Assembly (NCBI GenBank): GCA_020634075.1
Contig: JACKCJ010000011.1
Span: 9,130 to 73,129 of the forward strand
Direction of reading: 5' to 3'
DNA: 64,000 bases
Origin: Dehalococcoidia bacterium
Lineage (GTDB): Bacteria; Chloroflexota; Dehalococcoidia; UBA2979
Part shown: in pieces, positions 7,872 to 17,455 of the stretch
Layout of the letters: the number at the start of each line of letters is the position of its first letter
Numbering within the stretch: position 1 is the stretch's first letter
Notes under the pieces: model-generated
Told to the model about the DNA's origin: nothing
The model's database searches: none
Seen by the model: only the letters and a program-made list of their open reading frames with translations
Made by a program: the position numbers and the translations under genes

Positions 7872-9782
7872 ATGACCGACGAGCCCGCTCCCAGCGCGTC
7901 TTCCTCGCACGCCCCGCCCGCTCCCACCGGACGCCGGCTGGCCGCGCTCACGCTCGCGACGCTCGGCGTCGTGTACGGCGACATCGGCACGAGCCCCCTC
8001 TATGCGATGCGGGAGTCGTTCCTCGCCGGCGGCGGGATCGACGTCACCGAGCCGAACGTCCTGGGCGTGATCTCGCTGATCGTCTGGTCACTCGTCTTCG
8101 TGATCTCATTCAAGTACCTCGTCTTCGTGATGCGGGCGGACAACCACGGCGAAGGCGGCATCCTCGCGCTGCTGGCGCTCGCCGGGCCATCGCCGGCGAC
8201 GCGCCGAGGGATGACCTTCATCATCGCGGGGCTCTTCGGGACGGCGCTGCTCTACGGCGACGGGATGATCACGCCCGCGATCTCGGTGCTCAGCGCCGTC
8301 GAGGGCTTCGCGGTGGCCGCGCCCGGCGTTGAGCGGTTCGTGATCCCCGTGTCGGTCGCCATCCTCGTCGGGCTGTTCATGGTGCAGAGCCGGGGCACCG
8401 GCGCCGTTGGGGCGATCTTCGGCCCGATCATGATCGTCTGGTTCACCGTGCTCGCCGGCCTCGGCATCCACGGCATCGCCGAGGAGCCCGGCGTGCTGCG
8501 GGCGCTGCTCCCGACGTATGCCATCGAGTTCTTCATCGACCACGGCGCGCGCGGCATCGTCGTGCTCGGGTCGGTCTTCCTGGTCGTGACCGGGTCGGAG
8601 GCGCTGTACGCGGACATGGGCCACTTCGGGCGCCGCCCGATCACGCTCGGGTGGTTCGCGCTCGTCTTCCCGGCGCTCGTCCTGAACTACGCGGGGCAGG
8701 GCGCCTCGCTGCTGGTCGACCCGGCGAACATCGAGAACCCGTTCTACCGGATGTCCGCGGAGTGGACGCGGTTCCCGCTCGCCGTCCTCGCGACCGTCGC
8801 CACCGTGATCGCCTCGCAGGCGCTCATCACCGGGGCGTTCTCGCTGACGACGCAGGCGATCCAGCTCGACTACCTCCCGAGGGTGCGCGTCACGCACACC
8901 TCCGCGCGGGCGGTCGGCCAGGTCTACGTGCCGATCGTGAACTGGGCGCTGATGCTCGCGTGCGTCGGGCTGGTGCTCGGCTTCCAGTCGTCGAGCCGCC
9001 TCGCAGCCGCCTACGGCGTGGCCGTCACGATGACGATGACGATCACCTCGCTGCTGCTGTTCCTGGTGATGCGCAACCGCTGGGGCTGGTCGCTTCCCGC
9101 GGCCGGAGGGCTGCTCATCGCGTTCCTCGCCGTGGACTTCGCCTACCTCGGCGCGAACCTGTTGAAGATCCCCCACGGCGGCTGGTTCCCGCTGGTGGTC
9201 GCCGGCGCGCTGTTCATCGTCATGAGCACGTGGCGGCAGGGCCGCATCCTCGTCGCGCGCCGGCTACAGGGCGCCGACGTCCCCATCGACGCGTTCCTCC
9301 ATAGCTTCGAGGAGCACCCCGCCATCCGCACCGACGGCGTCACCGTGTTTCTGCACAAGCGCCCGCTGATCGCCCCGCCGGCGCTCCTCACCATGCTGCG
9401 CACGAGCGGCTCACTCCCGGGCGAGGTGATCCTCGTGGCGATCATCACCGAGGAGGTCGCGCGCGTCCCACGGGTGAAGCGCTCCGAGGTGACCGACCTC
9501 GGTCACGGCTTCTTCCAGGTCGTCCTGCGCTACGGCTTCATGGAGCGGCCGAACATTCCGGAGGCACTCGCGAGCCTCGTCGGTGACGGTCCGGGCTTCG
9601 TCCCTGAGGCGACCGGCTATGTGCTCGGACGGGAACGGGTGCTGCCGTCGCCGAAGAAGGGGATGGCGCCCTGGCGGGAGCACCTCTTCGCGATCATGTA
9701 CCGCAACGCCTCGTCCTCGGCGGAGTACTTCAGCCTGCCGCCTGAGCGCGTGATCGAGGTCGGCCAGCAGGTCGAGATCTAG
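7872..9782 (+). CDS. kup: KUP/HAK/KT potassium uptake transporter
   Basis: Signature LGVVYGDIGTSPLYA. About 12 TM helices plus a ~190-aa cytoplasmic C-terminal domain. Confidence 0.93.
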   Translation: MTDEPAPSASSSHAPPAPTGRRLAALTLATLGVVYGDIGTSPLYAMRESFLAGGGIDVTEPNVLGVISLIVWSLVFVISFKYLVFVMRADNHGEGGILALLALAGPSPATRRGMTFIIAGLFGTALLYGDGMITPAISVLSAVEGFAVAAPGVERFVIPVSVAILVGLFMVQSRGTGAVGAIFGPIMIVWFTVLAGLGIHGIAEEPGVLRALLPTYAIEFFIDHGARGIVVLGSVFLVVTGSEALYADMGHFGRRPITLGWFALVFPALVLNYAGQGASLLVDPANIENPFYRMSAEWTRFPLAVLATVATVIASQALITGAFSLTTQAIQLDYLPRVRVTHTSARAVGQVYVPIVNWALMLACVGLVLGFQSSSRLAAAYGVAVTMTMTITSLLLFLVMRNRWGWSLPAAGGLLIAFLAVDFAYLGANLLKIPHGGWFPLVVAGALFIVMSTWRQGRILVARRLQGADVPIDAFLHSFEEHPAIRTDGVTVFLHKRPLIAPPALLTMLRTSGSLPGEVILVAIITEEVARVPRVKRSEVTDLGHGFFQVVLRYGFMERPNIPEALASLVGDGPGFVPEATGYVLGRERVLPSPKKGMAPWREHLFAIMYRNASSSAEYFSLPPERVIEVGQQVEI

Positions 9783-9808
9783 GCGACGCGCCGCGTTCGC
9801 TCTCGCGC

Positions 9809-10267
9809 CTACGGACGGCGCGAGGTGTTCACCGAGCGCACCACGAACCCCAGCCGCTGCCAGAACGCGAGCGCCGGGTTGTCCCGGAGCACCGAGGCGT
9901 CGATGGAGTGTGTCCCGCGCTCGCGGTGATCGCCGAGGAGCGCCTCCACCGCTGCGGTGCCGATGCCTCGACCTCGATACGCCGGGAACACCGTGAACTC
10001 GGCGATGTCGGCGACGTCACGCGACTCGTCCGGGAAGTCCGGGTACACGCGCACCATCGCGAGCCCGGCGCGCTCGCCGTCGGCCTCGATCCAGAGGAGC
10101 TCGCGCCCGTCCATGTCGTCGAGGACGGCCTCGCGGTGCTGCGCCGGATCCCACGGGTCGTCGCCCGCCTCCGTGTCGTACTGGTCCAGCTCGCGCTGGT
10201 ACTCCTCGAGGTGGGCGAAGTAGTCGTCGTACTCGGCGAGCGCGACGGGGCGCAGCGTCACGTCCAC
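9809..10267 (-). CDS. GNAT family N-acetyltransferase
   Basis: VFPAYRGRGIGTAAVEALL (acetyl-CoA binding Q/RxxGxG/A) and FWQRLGF. Confidence 0.8.
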   Translation of the reverse strand: MDVTLRPVALAEYDDYFAHLEEYQRELDQYDTEAGDDPWDPAQHREAVLDDMDGRELLWIEADGERAGLAMVRVYPDFPDESRDVADIAEFTVFPAYRGRGIGTAAVEALLGDHRERGTHSIDASVLRDNPALAFWQRLGFVVRSVNTSRRP

Positions 10268-10983
10268 TCGAGGGGGATCTCCGCCAGGGTCGTGATGGTG
10301 CGGACATCTGCCGGCGGTGACGCCGTCCCGGTGCGGTCGAGGTAGACCCCGTGCAGCCCGGCACGCTCGGCGCCGCGCACGTCGTGGCCCACGGAATCGC
10401 CGACCATCACGGTCTCGCCCGCGGGTACGCCCGACGCCTCGAGGGCGGCCCGGTAGATCGCCGGGTGCGGCTTTCGATAGCCGACACGCGCGCTGTTGAT
10501 CACGTGGTCGACGTAGGGCGCGAGTCCGAGCTCCGCCACGATGTCGCTCAGCCGCCAGATGTGGTTCGAGACGATGACGACCTGCGCGCCGCCGTCCCGG
10601 ACGCGCCCGAGGGCAGGGATGACGTCATCGAACAGGACATAACGCGCGGCGTCGCCCTCGAGCTCATCGATGCGGCGCCCGATCGCGACGGCCGTGTCTC
10701 CGGTGATGCCGGCCTTTGCCAGCCGGCGTCGGTGGACGGTGATGCGGACCTGGCTGAAGGCTTCCGGGTCGCCCGAGTAGTCGGGGTGCGCCGGGCCCTC
10801 GGGCGTCTGGTAGTCCGCCCACGCCTCGTCGGACGGGAGCACGACCGAGTCCGGGGCGAGCTCGATGCCGTGCTCGCGGGCCGCCTCGACGTACAGCCCG
10901 TAGGCGGAGTTCCACGCGCCGTCCCGGAACCGGGCGAGCGTGTCCTGGAAGTCGAGGAAGACCGCGCGCATTCGCGTGCTCAT
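10258..10983 (-). CDS. HAD superfamily hydrolase
   Basis: Start MSTRMRAVFLDFQDTL (motif I DxxDT). VSNH (motif II), KPHP (motif III Lys) and MVGDSVGHDVRGA (motif IV). The upstream part of ORF 10258..12102 is a shadow of mfd. Confidence 0.8.
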   Translation of the reverse strand: MSTRMRAVFLDFQDTLARFRDGAWNSAYGLYVEAAREHGIELAPDSVVLPSDEAWADYQTPEGPAHPDYSGDPEAFSQVRITVHRRRLAKAGITGDTAVAIGRRIDELEGDAARYVLFDDVIPALGRVRDGGAQVVIVSNHIWRLSDIVAELGLAPYVDHVINSARVGYRKPHPAIYRAALEASGVPAGETVMVGDSVGHDVRGAERAGLHGVYLDRTGTASPPADVRTITTLAEIPLEWT

Positions 10984-11015
10984 CGCCGCACCATACCCGC
11001 TCACCCTCGTGACGA

Positions 11016-14000
11016 TCAGCCGACCGCCACGGCCTCGGGCGCGCCGCCGAGCAGCCGCACGAGCGCCTCGATCGGCACGAGCCACGAGTCGCCGAGCTGT
11101 CCGCGAGCGAGCCGGATCTGCGTCCGTCCGACGCGGACGCCGGGCGGGAGCTTGGGCATGAGCCGGCCGGCGAAGGGTCGGGTTTCGCTCGAGGTGATGA
11201 CCACCTCGCCATCCTCGAGGCGGATCGAGGTGATCCCGGCGTCGCGCGAGGCGATGCGGATGCGGACGAGCCGGATGAGGTTCATCAGCGGCTCCGGCAG
11301 ATCGCCGAGGCGGTCCTCCGTCTCCTGCGCCAGCTCGTCGGCGTCCTGGAGCGTCCTCAGTCCGGAGATGCGCTGGTAGAGCGCGAGGCGCGACTCGATC
11401 TCGCCGACGTAGGACTCCGGGACGTGCGCCGCGACCGGCAGATCGATGAGCACCTTGCGGATCTCGCCGCGCTCCTCGTGCGGCAGCACCTCGCGCGGGC
11501 GGTTCTCGGACTTCGACTTCAGGTCCTCGACGGCCTCGGACAGCATCTCCGTGTAGAGGTCGAAGCCGACCGACGCGATGTGGCCGCTCTGTTCCGCGCC
11601 CAGGAGGTTGCCGGCGCCGCGGATCTCGAGGTCGCGCAGCGAGACCTGGAACCCGGCGCCCAGCTCGCTCGCCTCGAAGATCGTCGAGAGTCGCGCCTGA
11701 GCCGTCTCCGTGAGCACGCGGTTCTTCGGGTGGAAGAGGTACGCGTAGGCCTGGTTCACCCCACGGCCCACGCGGCCGCGCAGCTGGTACATCTGCGCGA
11801 GGCCGAGCATGTCCGCGCGGTCGACGATGAGCGTGTTTGCGTTCGGGATGTCGATGCCGGACTCGATGATCGTCGTGCAGACGAGGACATCGAACTCGCC
11901 GTCCGAGAACTTCTCCATCACCGGCCGCAGGACGCCCTCCGGCATCTGACCGTGGCCGACGACCACGCGTGCCTCCGGTACCAGCGCGCGGATCTGGTCG
12001 GCGAAGCGGTCGATGCTCTGCACGCGGTTGTGCACGATGAAGATCTGCCCGCCGCGTTCGATCTCGTGGAGGATGGCCTCGCGCGCGATCGCCTCGTCCC
12101 ACTCCATCACGTAGGTCTGCACCGGCTGACGCCCGTGCGGCGCGGTCTCGATGAGCGACATATCGCGGATGCCGGTCAGCGCCATGTGCAGCGTGCGCGG
12201 GATCGGCGTCGCGGACAGCGTCAGCACGTCCACCTCGAGGCGCAGGCGCTTGAGGCGCTCCTTGTGGGTGACGCCGAACCGCTGCTCCTCGTCGATGATG
12301 ACGAGCCCGAGGTTCTTGAAGTCGACGCTCGCCTCCAGCAGGCGGTGCGTCCCGATCACGATGTCGAGGTCGCCCTGCCGCGCCCGGTGGGCGATGTCGC
12401 GCGCCTCCTGCTCCGTCCGGAAGCGTGAGATCACGTCGATCGAGACGGGGAAGCCGGAGAGCCGCTCCCGGAACGTGCGGAGGTGCTGCTGTGCGAGGAC
12501 GGTGGTCGGCACGAGGACGGCGACCTGGAAGCCCTCCTGCACGGCCTTGAACGCCGCGCGCACCGCGACCTCGGTCTTGCCGAAGCCGACGTCACCACAG
12601 ATGACGCGGTCCATCGGTCGCTCGGACTCCATGTCCGCCTTCACCTGCTGGATCGCCTCGAGCTGGTCCTCGGTCTCCTCGTAGCCGAACGAGTCCTCCA
12701 GCTCCTTCTGCCACGGCGTGTCCGCGCCGTACTGGTGGCCGGGGAGGAGCTGGCGCGCCGCGTAGAGGCGCAGGAGGTCCTGCGCGACGATCTGGACCGC
12801 CTCGCGTACCTTCGCGCGGGCGCGTCCCCACTCCTGCGTGCCGAGGCGGGTCAGGCGCGGGACGAACCCGGCGGGGCCGTTGTAGCGGGAGACGCGGTCG
12901 ATCTGCTCGACGGGGACGTAGAGCTTGTCCTCGCCTGCGTACCGCAGTTCGAGGTAGTCGCGGCCCTCGCCGTCGATGTCGCGGCGGATGATCCCCCCGA
13001 ACCGCGCGATGCCGTGGTCGGCATGGACCACGAAGTCGCCGGGTGACACCTCCGCGAGGAAACGCGAGCGGTGGGTGCCGGAGCGCTGGCGCAGGGTGCG
13101 TCGACGCTTCACGAAGCCGAACAGCTCGCGGTCTGTCTGAAGCGAGACGATCCCGTCGTCGGTCTGGACGGTCCACCCCTCGGGGAGCCCGCCCTGCAGC
13201 AGGATGATGTCGCCGCGGTTGAGCTTCCCCTCGATGCGGGCCGAGACGGGGATGTCCACGCCGTGCTCGCCGAGCACCTCGGCGTAGCGCTGCGCCTGCT
13301 GCGTCACGATGACGACGCGGTCGGCGCGCTGTTGCTGACGGTGCATGTCGCGCGCGGCCTCGCTCAGTCGCCCGGCGTACGCGTCCGCCTGCCGGAACGG
13401 CAGGCGCCAGGCGCTCGCCTCGTTCCCGGTCACCCAGCGGCCCAGATCGACGCGCCGCGCGTGTCCGTCGAGGGTGACGCGGACGACGTCACGTGGCTCG
13501 TGAGGCAGGGGGGCGCCGGGGTCCAGCTCGCCCCGCTGCGCCAGCTCGGCGCGCCGCTCCAGTACCAGCTCATCGAGGTCGGCGAAGGCAGCGTCGACCG
13601 CCTCGCGCTCGTCGATGATCACGATGGCGTCGCGCTTGAGGTGGTCGAGAATCGTCGCGGTCGCCGCCAGCGGACCGTAGAAGTCACGCGCGGGCAGCTC
13701 GCCGGCACGGAGCTGGCGAAGCTCCTCGCGGTGCTCGCTCGACTTCACTTCCTCGACGCGGTCGGCGAGGGCGTTCAGCTCGAGGCGCGTCGGGAACCAC
13801 TCGGACGCCGGGCCGATGCGAACCTCGTCGAGCTGCTGGCGCGTGCGCTGCGTGTCCGGGTCGAACTCGCGGATCGAGTCCACCTCGGGCCCGAAGAACT
13901 CGATGCGGACCGGCCACTCGGCGCCCGTCGGGTAGACGTCCATCAGCCCGCCGCGTCGGGCCGCCTGCCCGGGAGCCTCGACGAGCGAGACCATCTCGTA

Positions 14001-14495
14001 CCCCGCGTCGACGAGCGCCCGCGCCAGGGTGTCGAGTCCGCGCTGGTCGCCGCGCGCGACGACGCCGGGGCCGCGGCCGAGGTCGGCGGGGCGCAGGGTG
14101 TGCTCGGCGACCGCGGCGGCCGACGCGACGATGAACGGCGGCCGCTCGCGTCCTGCCTGCGCGAGTCGCGAGAGCGCTCCGATGCGCTGCCAGGAGACGC
14201 GGCTGTCATGCCCGTCGCGGGAGTACGCCAGGCCGGACCGCGCGGGGAAGTGCACCGCCGCGTCACCGAGCCACGTGTACATCTGCTCCGCGTACGCCTG
14301 CGCGTCCGCCTCGCGCGCGGCGATGAACAGCACCGGCTGTCGGTTCCGGCGCCAGAGCAGGGCGGACGCGGCGGTCTTCGCGCCGTCGGGCACGCCGAGG
14401 CGGATCGGGCGTCCCGCGTCGAGCGTCGCGTACGCCTCGGTGAGTGCGTCGAGGGTGCCCAGCGCGGGGAGCAGCGCGTCCAGTCCGAGCGACAC
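11016..14495 (-). CDS. mfd: Transcription-repair coupling factor
   Basis: 1159 aa. Walker A GDVGFGKTEVA, DEEQ box VIIDEEQRFGV, RLRGRVGR helicase motif VI, and a CarD-like segment. Adjacent to pth, as is typical. Confidence 0.95.
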   Translation of the reverse strand: MSLGLDALLPALGTLDALTEAYATLDAGRPIRLGVPDGAKTAASALLWRRNRQPVLFIAAREADAQAYAEQMYTWLGDAAVHFPARSGLAYSRDGHDSRVSWQRIGALSRLAQAGRERPPFIVASAAAVAEHTLRPADLGRGPGVVARGDQRGLDTLARALVDAGYEMVSLVEAPGQAARRGGLMDVYPTGAEWPVRIEFFGPEVDSIREFDPDTQRTRQQLDEVRIGPASEWFPTRLELNALADRVEEVKSSEHREELRQLRAGELPARDFYGPLAATATILDHLKRDAIVIIDEREAVDAAFADLDELVLERRAELAQRGELDPGAPLPHEPRDVVRVTLDGHARRVDLGRWVTGNEASAWRLPFRQADAYAGRLSEAARDMHRQQQRADRVVIVTQQAQRYAEVLGEHGVDIPVSARIEGKLNRGDIILLQGGLPEGWTVQTDDGIVSLQTDRELFGFVKRRRTLRQRSGTHRSRFLAEVSPGDFVVHADHGIARFGGIIRRDIDGEGRDYLELRYAGEDKLYVPVEQIDRVSRYNGPAGFVPRLTRLGTQEWGRARAKVREAVQIVAQDLLRLYAARQLLPGHQYGADTPWQKELEDSFGYEETEDQLEAIQQVKADMESERPMDRVICGDVGFGKTEVAVRAAFKAVQEGFQVAVLVPTTVLAQQHLRTFRERLSGFPVSIDVISRFRTEQEARDIAHRARQGDLDIVIGTHRLLEASVDFKNLGLVIIDEEQRFGVTHKERLKRLRLEVDVLTLSATPIPRTLHMALTGIRDMSLIETAPHGRQPVQTYVMEWDEAIAREAILHEIERGGQIFIVHNRVQSIDRFADQIRALVPEARVVVGHGQMPEGVLRPVMEKFSDGEFDVLVCTTIIESGIDIPNANTLIVDRADMLGLAQMYQLRGRVGRGVNQAYAYLFHPKNRVLTETAQARLSTIFEASELGAGFQVSLRDLEIRGAGNLLGAEQSGHIASVGFDLYTEMLSEAVEDLKSKSENRPREVLPHEERGEIRKVLIDLPVAAHVPESYVGEIESRLALYQRISGLRTLQDADELAQETEDRLGDLPEPLMNLIRLVRIRIASRDAGITSIRLEDGEVVITSSETRPFAGRLMPKLPPGVRVGRTQIRLARGQLGDSWLVPIEALVRLLGGAPEAVAVG

Positions 14496-14625
14496 CGGCA
14501 GTCCTCCAGCGGTCCGATTCGCGAAGCGCGTGCACGCGCGAACGGGGCCGCCCGAGTGTCGGGGGCCCTTCGACGTGGGTGCTTCGTGTCTGAATCAGTG
14601 TACGCCCGAAGGCGCGCGGGAGCCG

Positions 14626-15375
14626 CTACTCCGCGTCACGCTCCGGCGGAGCTGCGGGCTTTCGAGAGCCGGCGTTGAGGTGGTTCATCGCGACGTCGTA
14701 CCCCTCGCGAACTGCCAGCTCGATCGCGTCGATGGTGCGCTCGACGGCCTCCTCGAGGATGCGCCGGTCGCCGGGCGAGGGCTTCGAGAGCACCCAGTTC
14801 GCCACGCGATCCGGGTCGCGGACCGGTTGGCCGTGGTCGTAGGGGCGGTCGATGCCGATGCGGAGGCGCGGGAACTCCTGGCTCCCGAGCGCGCCGATGA
14901 TCGACTTGATGCCGTTGTTGCCGCCGCTGCTCCCCTTGAGCCGCATCCGCGTCGCGCCCACCGGCAGGTCGAGCTCGTCGTAGACGATCATCACCTGCTC
15001 CGGGCGTGCCTTGAGGCGCTTCGCCTCCTGCGCGATCGGCCCACCGCTTTCGTTCATGTACGACCGCGGCTGCGCGATGTGGAGGACGTGCCCGTCCACT
15101 TCGATCCGCGCGACGTTCACCCGGCCTTCGCGCTTCGGCTGCGCGTGGTAGCGCTTCGCCATCGCCGCGATCACCCACGCGCCGACGTTGTGCCGCGTGC
15201 CCTCGTAGCGCTCCTCGGGGTTGCCGAGGCCGAACACGACGAGCGGGCGCGTCAGGTCGGCGTCCTCCGCGGGCGGAAGGTCGTCCTCCTGGCGCGGGGT
15301 GCGCTTCCTGAACTGGGCGAACCGCCCGCCGATGGCCATGCGCGAATCGTCGGTGAGGTGTCGCGTCCGGCGCAA
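14626..15375 (-). CDS. pth: Peptidyl-tRNA hydrolase
   Basis: VVFGLGNPEERYEGTRHNVGAWV and GSSGGNNGIKSI. The true start may be the internal Met at 15339. Confidence 0.9.
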   Translation of the reverse strand: MRRTRHLTDDSRMAIGGRFAQFRKRTPRQEDDLPPAEDADLTRPLVVFGLGNPEERYEGTRHNVGAWVIAAMAKRYHAQPKREGRVNVARIEVDGHVLHIAQPRSYMNESGGPIAQEAKRLKARPEQVMIVYDELDLPVGATRMRLKGSSGGNNGIKSIIGALGSQEFPRLRIGIDRPYDHGQPVRDPDRVANWVLSKPSPGDRRILEEAVERTIDAIELAVREGYDVAMNHLNAGSRKPAAPPERDAE

Positions 15376-15596
15376 CTGGGGCCGCGAGTGGGACCGCCGA
15401 GGGCGTTTCGAGAGATCTCGCGCCGGTTATCGACGCGGCGGCCGCCAGTTCTTGGCAAGCTGTGCGTGACCCCGTCGATAACTCACGTTGTGGCGGGCGC
15501 GCGTCGCCGTACATTGGGTTCAGTCAGGCGGGGGCATCTTCCACGGCGGCTCTGACACCGCAGGGAAGATGGACAGAGACCCTGATACGACTAGGG

Positions 15597-15641
15597 ACGG
15601 CAGGCCGAACGATCGTCGGCCTGCCGTTCCGTCTTTCTGTG
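15597..15641 (+). terminator. Intrinsic terminator / attenuator hairpin upstream of the APH-family gene
   Basis: ACGGCAGGCCGA-acgatcg-TCGGCCTGCCGT forms a 12-bp perfect stem, followed by TCCGTCTTTCTGTG. It lies 76 nt upstream of the ATG at 15717. No plus-strand gene lies upstream. Confidence 0.6.
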
Positions 15642-15716
15642 CGTCCTGTCCGCCACCACGCCCAGGCTCCGCGGCTACGCTCCCTGCGAGCCAGCGAGGA
15701 CGCGTTGCCCGATCGC

Positions 15717-16610
15717 ATGCACGACGACCAGTTCGAGATCGATGCGCCGCTGGTGAGGGCGCTCGTCGATGCGCAGTTCCCGCGGTGGTCGTCGCTTCCG
15801 CTTGCCCACGTCACAGCAACGAGCACGGTGAACGCGATCTACCGCCTGGGTGACGAGCTCGCGGTGCGCCTCCCGCTGCGTCCGGGACAGGCGGAACAGT
15901 TCGAGAAAGACCGACGCTGGCTGCCGTACCTCGCGCCACACCTCCCCCTCCGCATCCCGGAGCCCGTCGCTGCCGGCGAAGCCACCGAGGCGTATCCCTC
16001 GGAGTGGGCGGTCTACCGCTGGCTACCGGGCCGTCCGGCGACCGACGTCGCACCCAACGACCCGGCCGCCGCGGCGGATGCACTCGCGGCGTTCATCCGC
16101 GCCCTCCACGCGATCGACGCGAGCGAGGGGCCGGGGCCGAGCGCGGCGAACTACCAGCGAGGTGCGCCGCTCGCGCCTCGGGACGCGAGCGCCCGCCAAG
16201 GCCTCGCGGCACTCGCCGGTGAGATCGACGTCGAGGCGGCGACGGCAGTGTGGGAGGCGGCGTTGGCGGCGCCCGAGTGGGACCGGGCTCCCGTCTGGCT
16301 CCACGGCGACCTCATGCCGGGCAACCTCCTCATCGACGAGGGACGCCTCAGCGCGGTCATCGACTTCGGCGCGCTCGGCGTCGGCGATCCCGCCTGCGAC
16401 ATGATCCCGGCGTGGGTCTTCCTCCCGGCGGCGGTGCGAGGGCGCTTCCGGGACGCCGTGCGGGCGGACGAGGCGACGTGGACGCGTGGCCGCGGATGGG
16501 CGCTCTGGATCGCCCTCGTCGGTCTGCCGTACTACCGCGACACGAACCCCGGCTTCGTGCGGGTGCTGCGCCGCACGCTGGACGCCGTGCTCGGCGATCC
16601 GGATCGCTAG
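15717..16610 (+). CDS. Aminoglycoside/choline-kinase-like phosphotransferase (APH family)
   Basis: Start MHDDQFEIDAPLV. Catalytic loop WLHGDLMPGNLLI and metal-binding VIDFGALGVGDP. The 85 codons upstream (from 15462) have poor GC3 and contain the terminator, so they are treated as non-coding. Confidence 0.85.
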   Translation: MHDDQFEIDAPLVRALVDAQFPRWSSLPLAHVTATSTVNAIYRLGDELAVRLPLRPGQAEQFEKDRRWLPYLAPHLPLRIPEPVAAGEATEAYPSEWAVYRWLPGRPATDVAPNDPAAAADALAAFIRALHAIDASEGPGPSAANYQRGAPLAPRDASARQGLAALAGEIDVEAATAVWEAALAAPEWDRAPVWLHGDLMPGNLLIDEGRLSAVIDFGALGVGDPACDMIPAWVFLPAAVRGRFRDAVRADEATWTRGRGWALWIALVGLPYYRDTNPGFVRVLRRTLDAVLGDPDR

Positions 16611-16756
16611 CGAGCGCTCTCGGAGTGGTTCGCGTTACCGCAATTGTTGTTGCGGGCGGGGACTCCCCACACCTACGATTCCGGCGCTCCGCGGGGTCCA
16701 GCACCAGCACCGTTACCCGCGTCGCCTGAACCATCTACCAGGATCGGAGATGAACG

Positions 16757-17455
16757 ATGGCGGACATCATTACCTCCGCACGTGCCGACGGACGCACGCT
16801 GCTCACCGAGGTCGAGTCCAAGCAACTCCTGCAGGAGGCCGGTATCCCGGTCGCCATGGCGCACCTGGCGAAGAAGCCGAAGAAGGCGGTCGAGATCGCC
16901 GACGAGCTCGGCTATCCGGTCGTCATGAAGATCGTCTCGCCGGACATCGCCCACAAGTCGGATGTCGGCGGTGTCGTCGTCGGACTGCGTGACGCCAAGG
17001 CCGTCCGCAAGGCGTACAAGGAGATGATGGAGCGCGTCGAAGAGGCCGCGCCCAACGCGAAGATCGACGGTGTCGCCATCCAGACGATGGCCAAGCAGGG
17101 CACCGAGGTCATCGTCGGCTCCACCACTGACCCGCAGTTCGGCCCGGTGCTGATGTTCGGCCTCGGCGGCGTGTTCGTCGAAGTGCTGAAGGACGTCGCG
17201 TTCCGCGTCGTGCCGCTCGAGGGCCGCGATGCGAAGCAGATGGTCCGCGAGATCAAGGGCCTCCCCATCCTCCAGGGCGTGCGCGGGCAGGACCCCGCCG
17301 ACCTCGAAGCGATCGAGTCGCTCATCCTCCGCGTTTCGGACTTCATCGAGACGCACCCGGAGATCGCTGAGCTGGACCTGAACCCCGTGTTCGCCTACCC
17401 GGACGGCGCCCTCGCCGTCGACGCGCGCATCGTCCTGACGGAGGTGCCCGCGTGA
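16757..17455 (+). CDS. ADP-forming acetyl-CoA synthetase family, ATP-grasp (beta) subunit
   Basis: LTEVESKQLLQEAGIPV, GYPVVMKIVSPDIAHKSDVGGVVVGL, ELDLNPV. The stop overlaps the next gene. Confidence 0.85.
   Translation: MADIITSARADGRTLLTEVESKQLLQEAGIPVAMAHLAKKPKKAVEIADELGYPVVMKIVSPDIAHKSDVGGVVVGLRDAKAVRKAYKEMMERVEEAAPNAKIDGVAIQTMAKQGTEVIVGSTTDPQFGPVLMFGLGGVFVEVLKDVAFRVVPLEGRDAKQMVREIKGLPILQGVRGQDPADLEAIESLILRVSDFIETHPEIAELDLNPVFAYPDGALAVDARIVLTEVPA

Noticed and set aside
10258-12102. ORF-track entries that fuse a real gene with a long upstream extension: 10258..12102, 24875..26074, 35285..36811, 52472..53746, 30235..31041, 6799..7872 and 726..1610.
   Set aside because: The extensions overlap the neighbouring gene in another frame and read as Arg/Pro-rich nonsense. 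Internal starts with SD sequences and canonical N-termini were used instead.
15500-15600. Possible SRP RNA, 6S RNA or a known riboswitch within the pth-APH intergenic region.
   Set aside because: The GGAA-tetraloop SRP helix-8 consensus is not present. The ykkC-like start CTAGGGA is not followed by the other guanidine-I blocks. The region is kept only as an unclassified structured leader.
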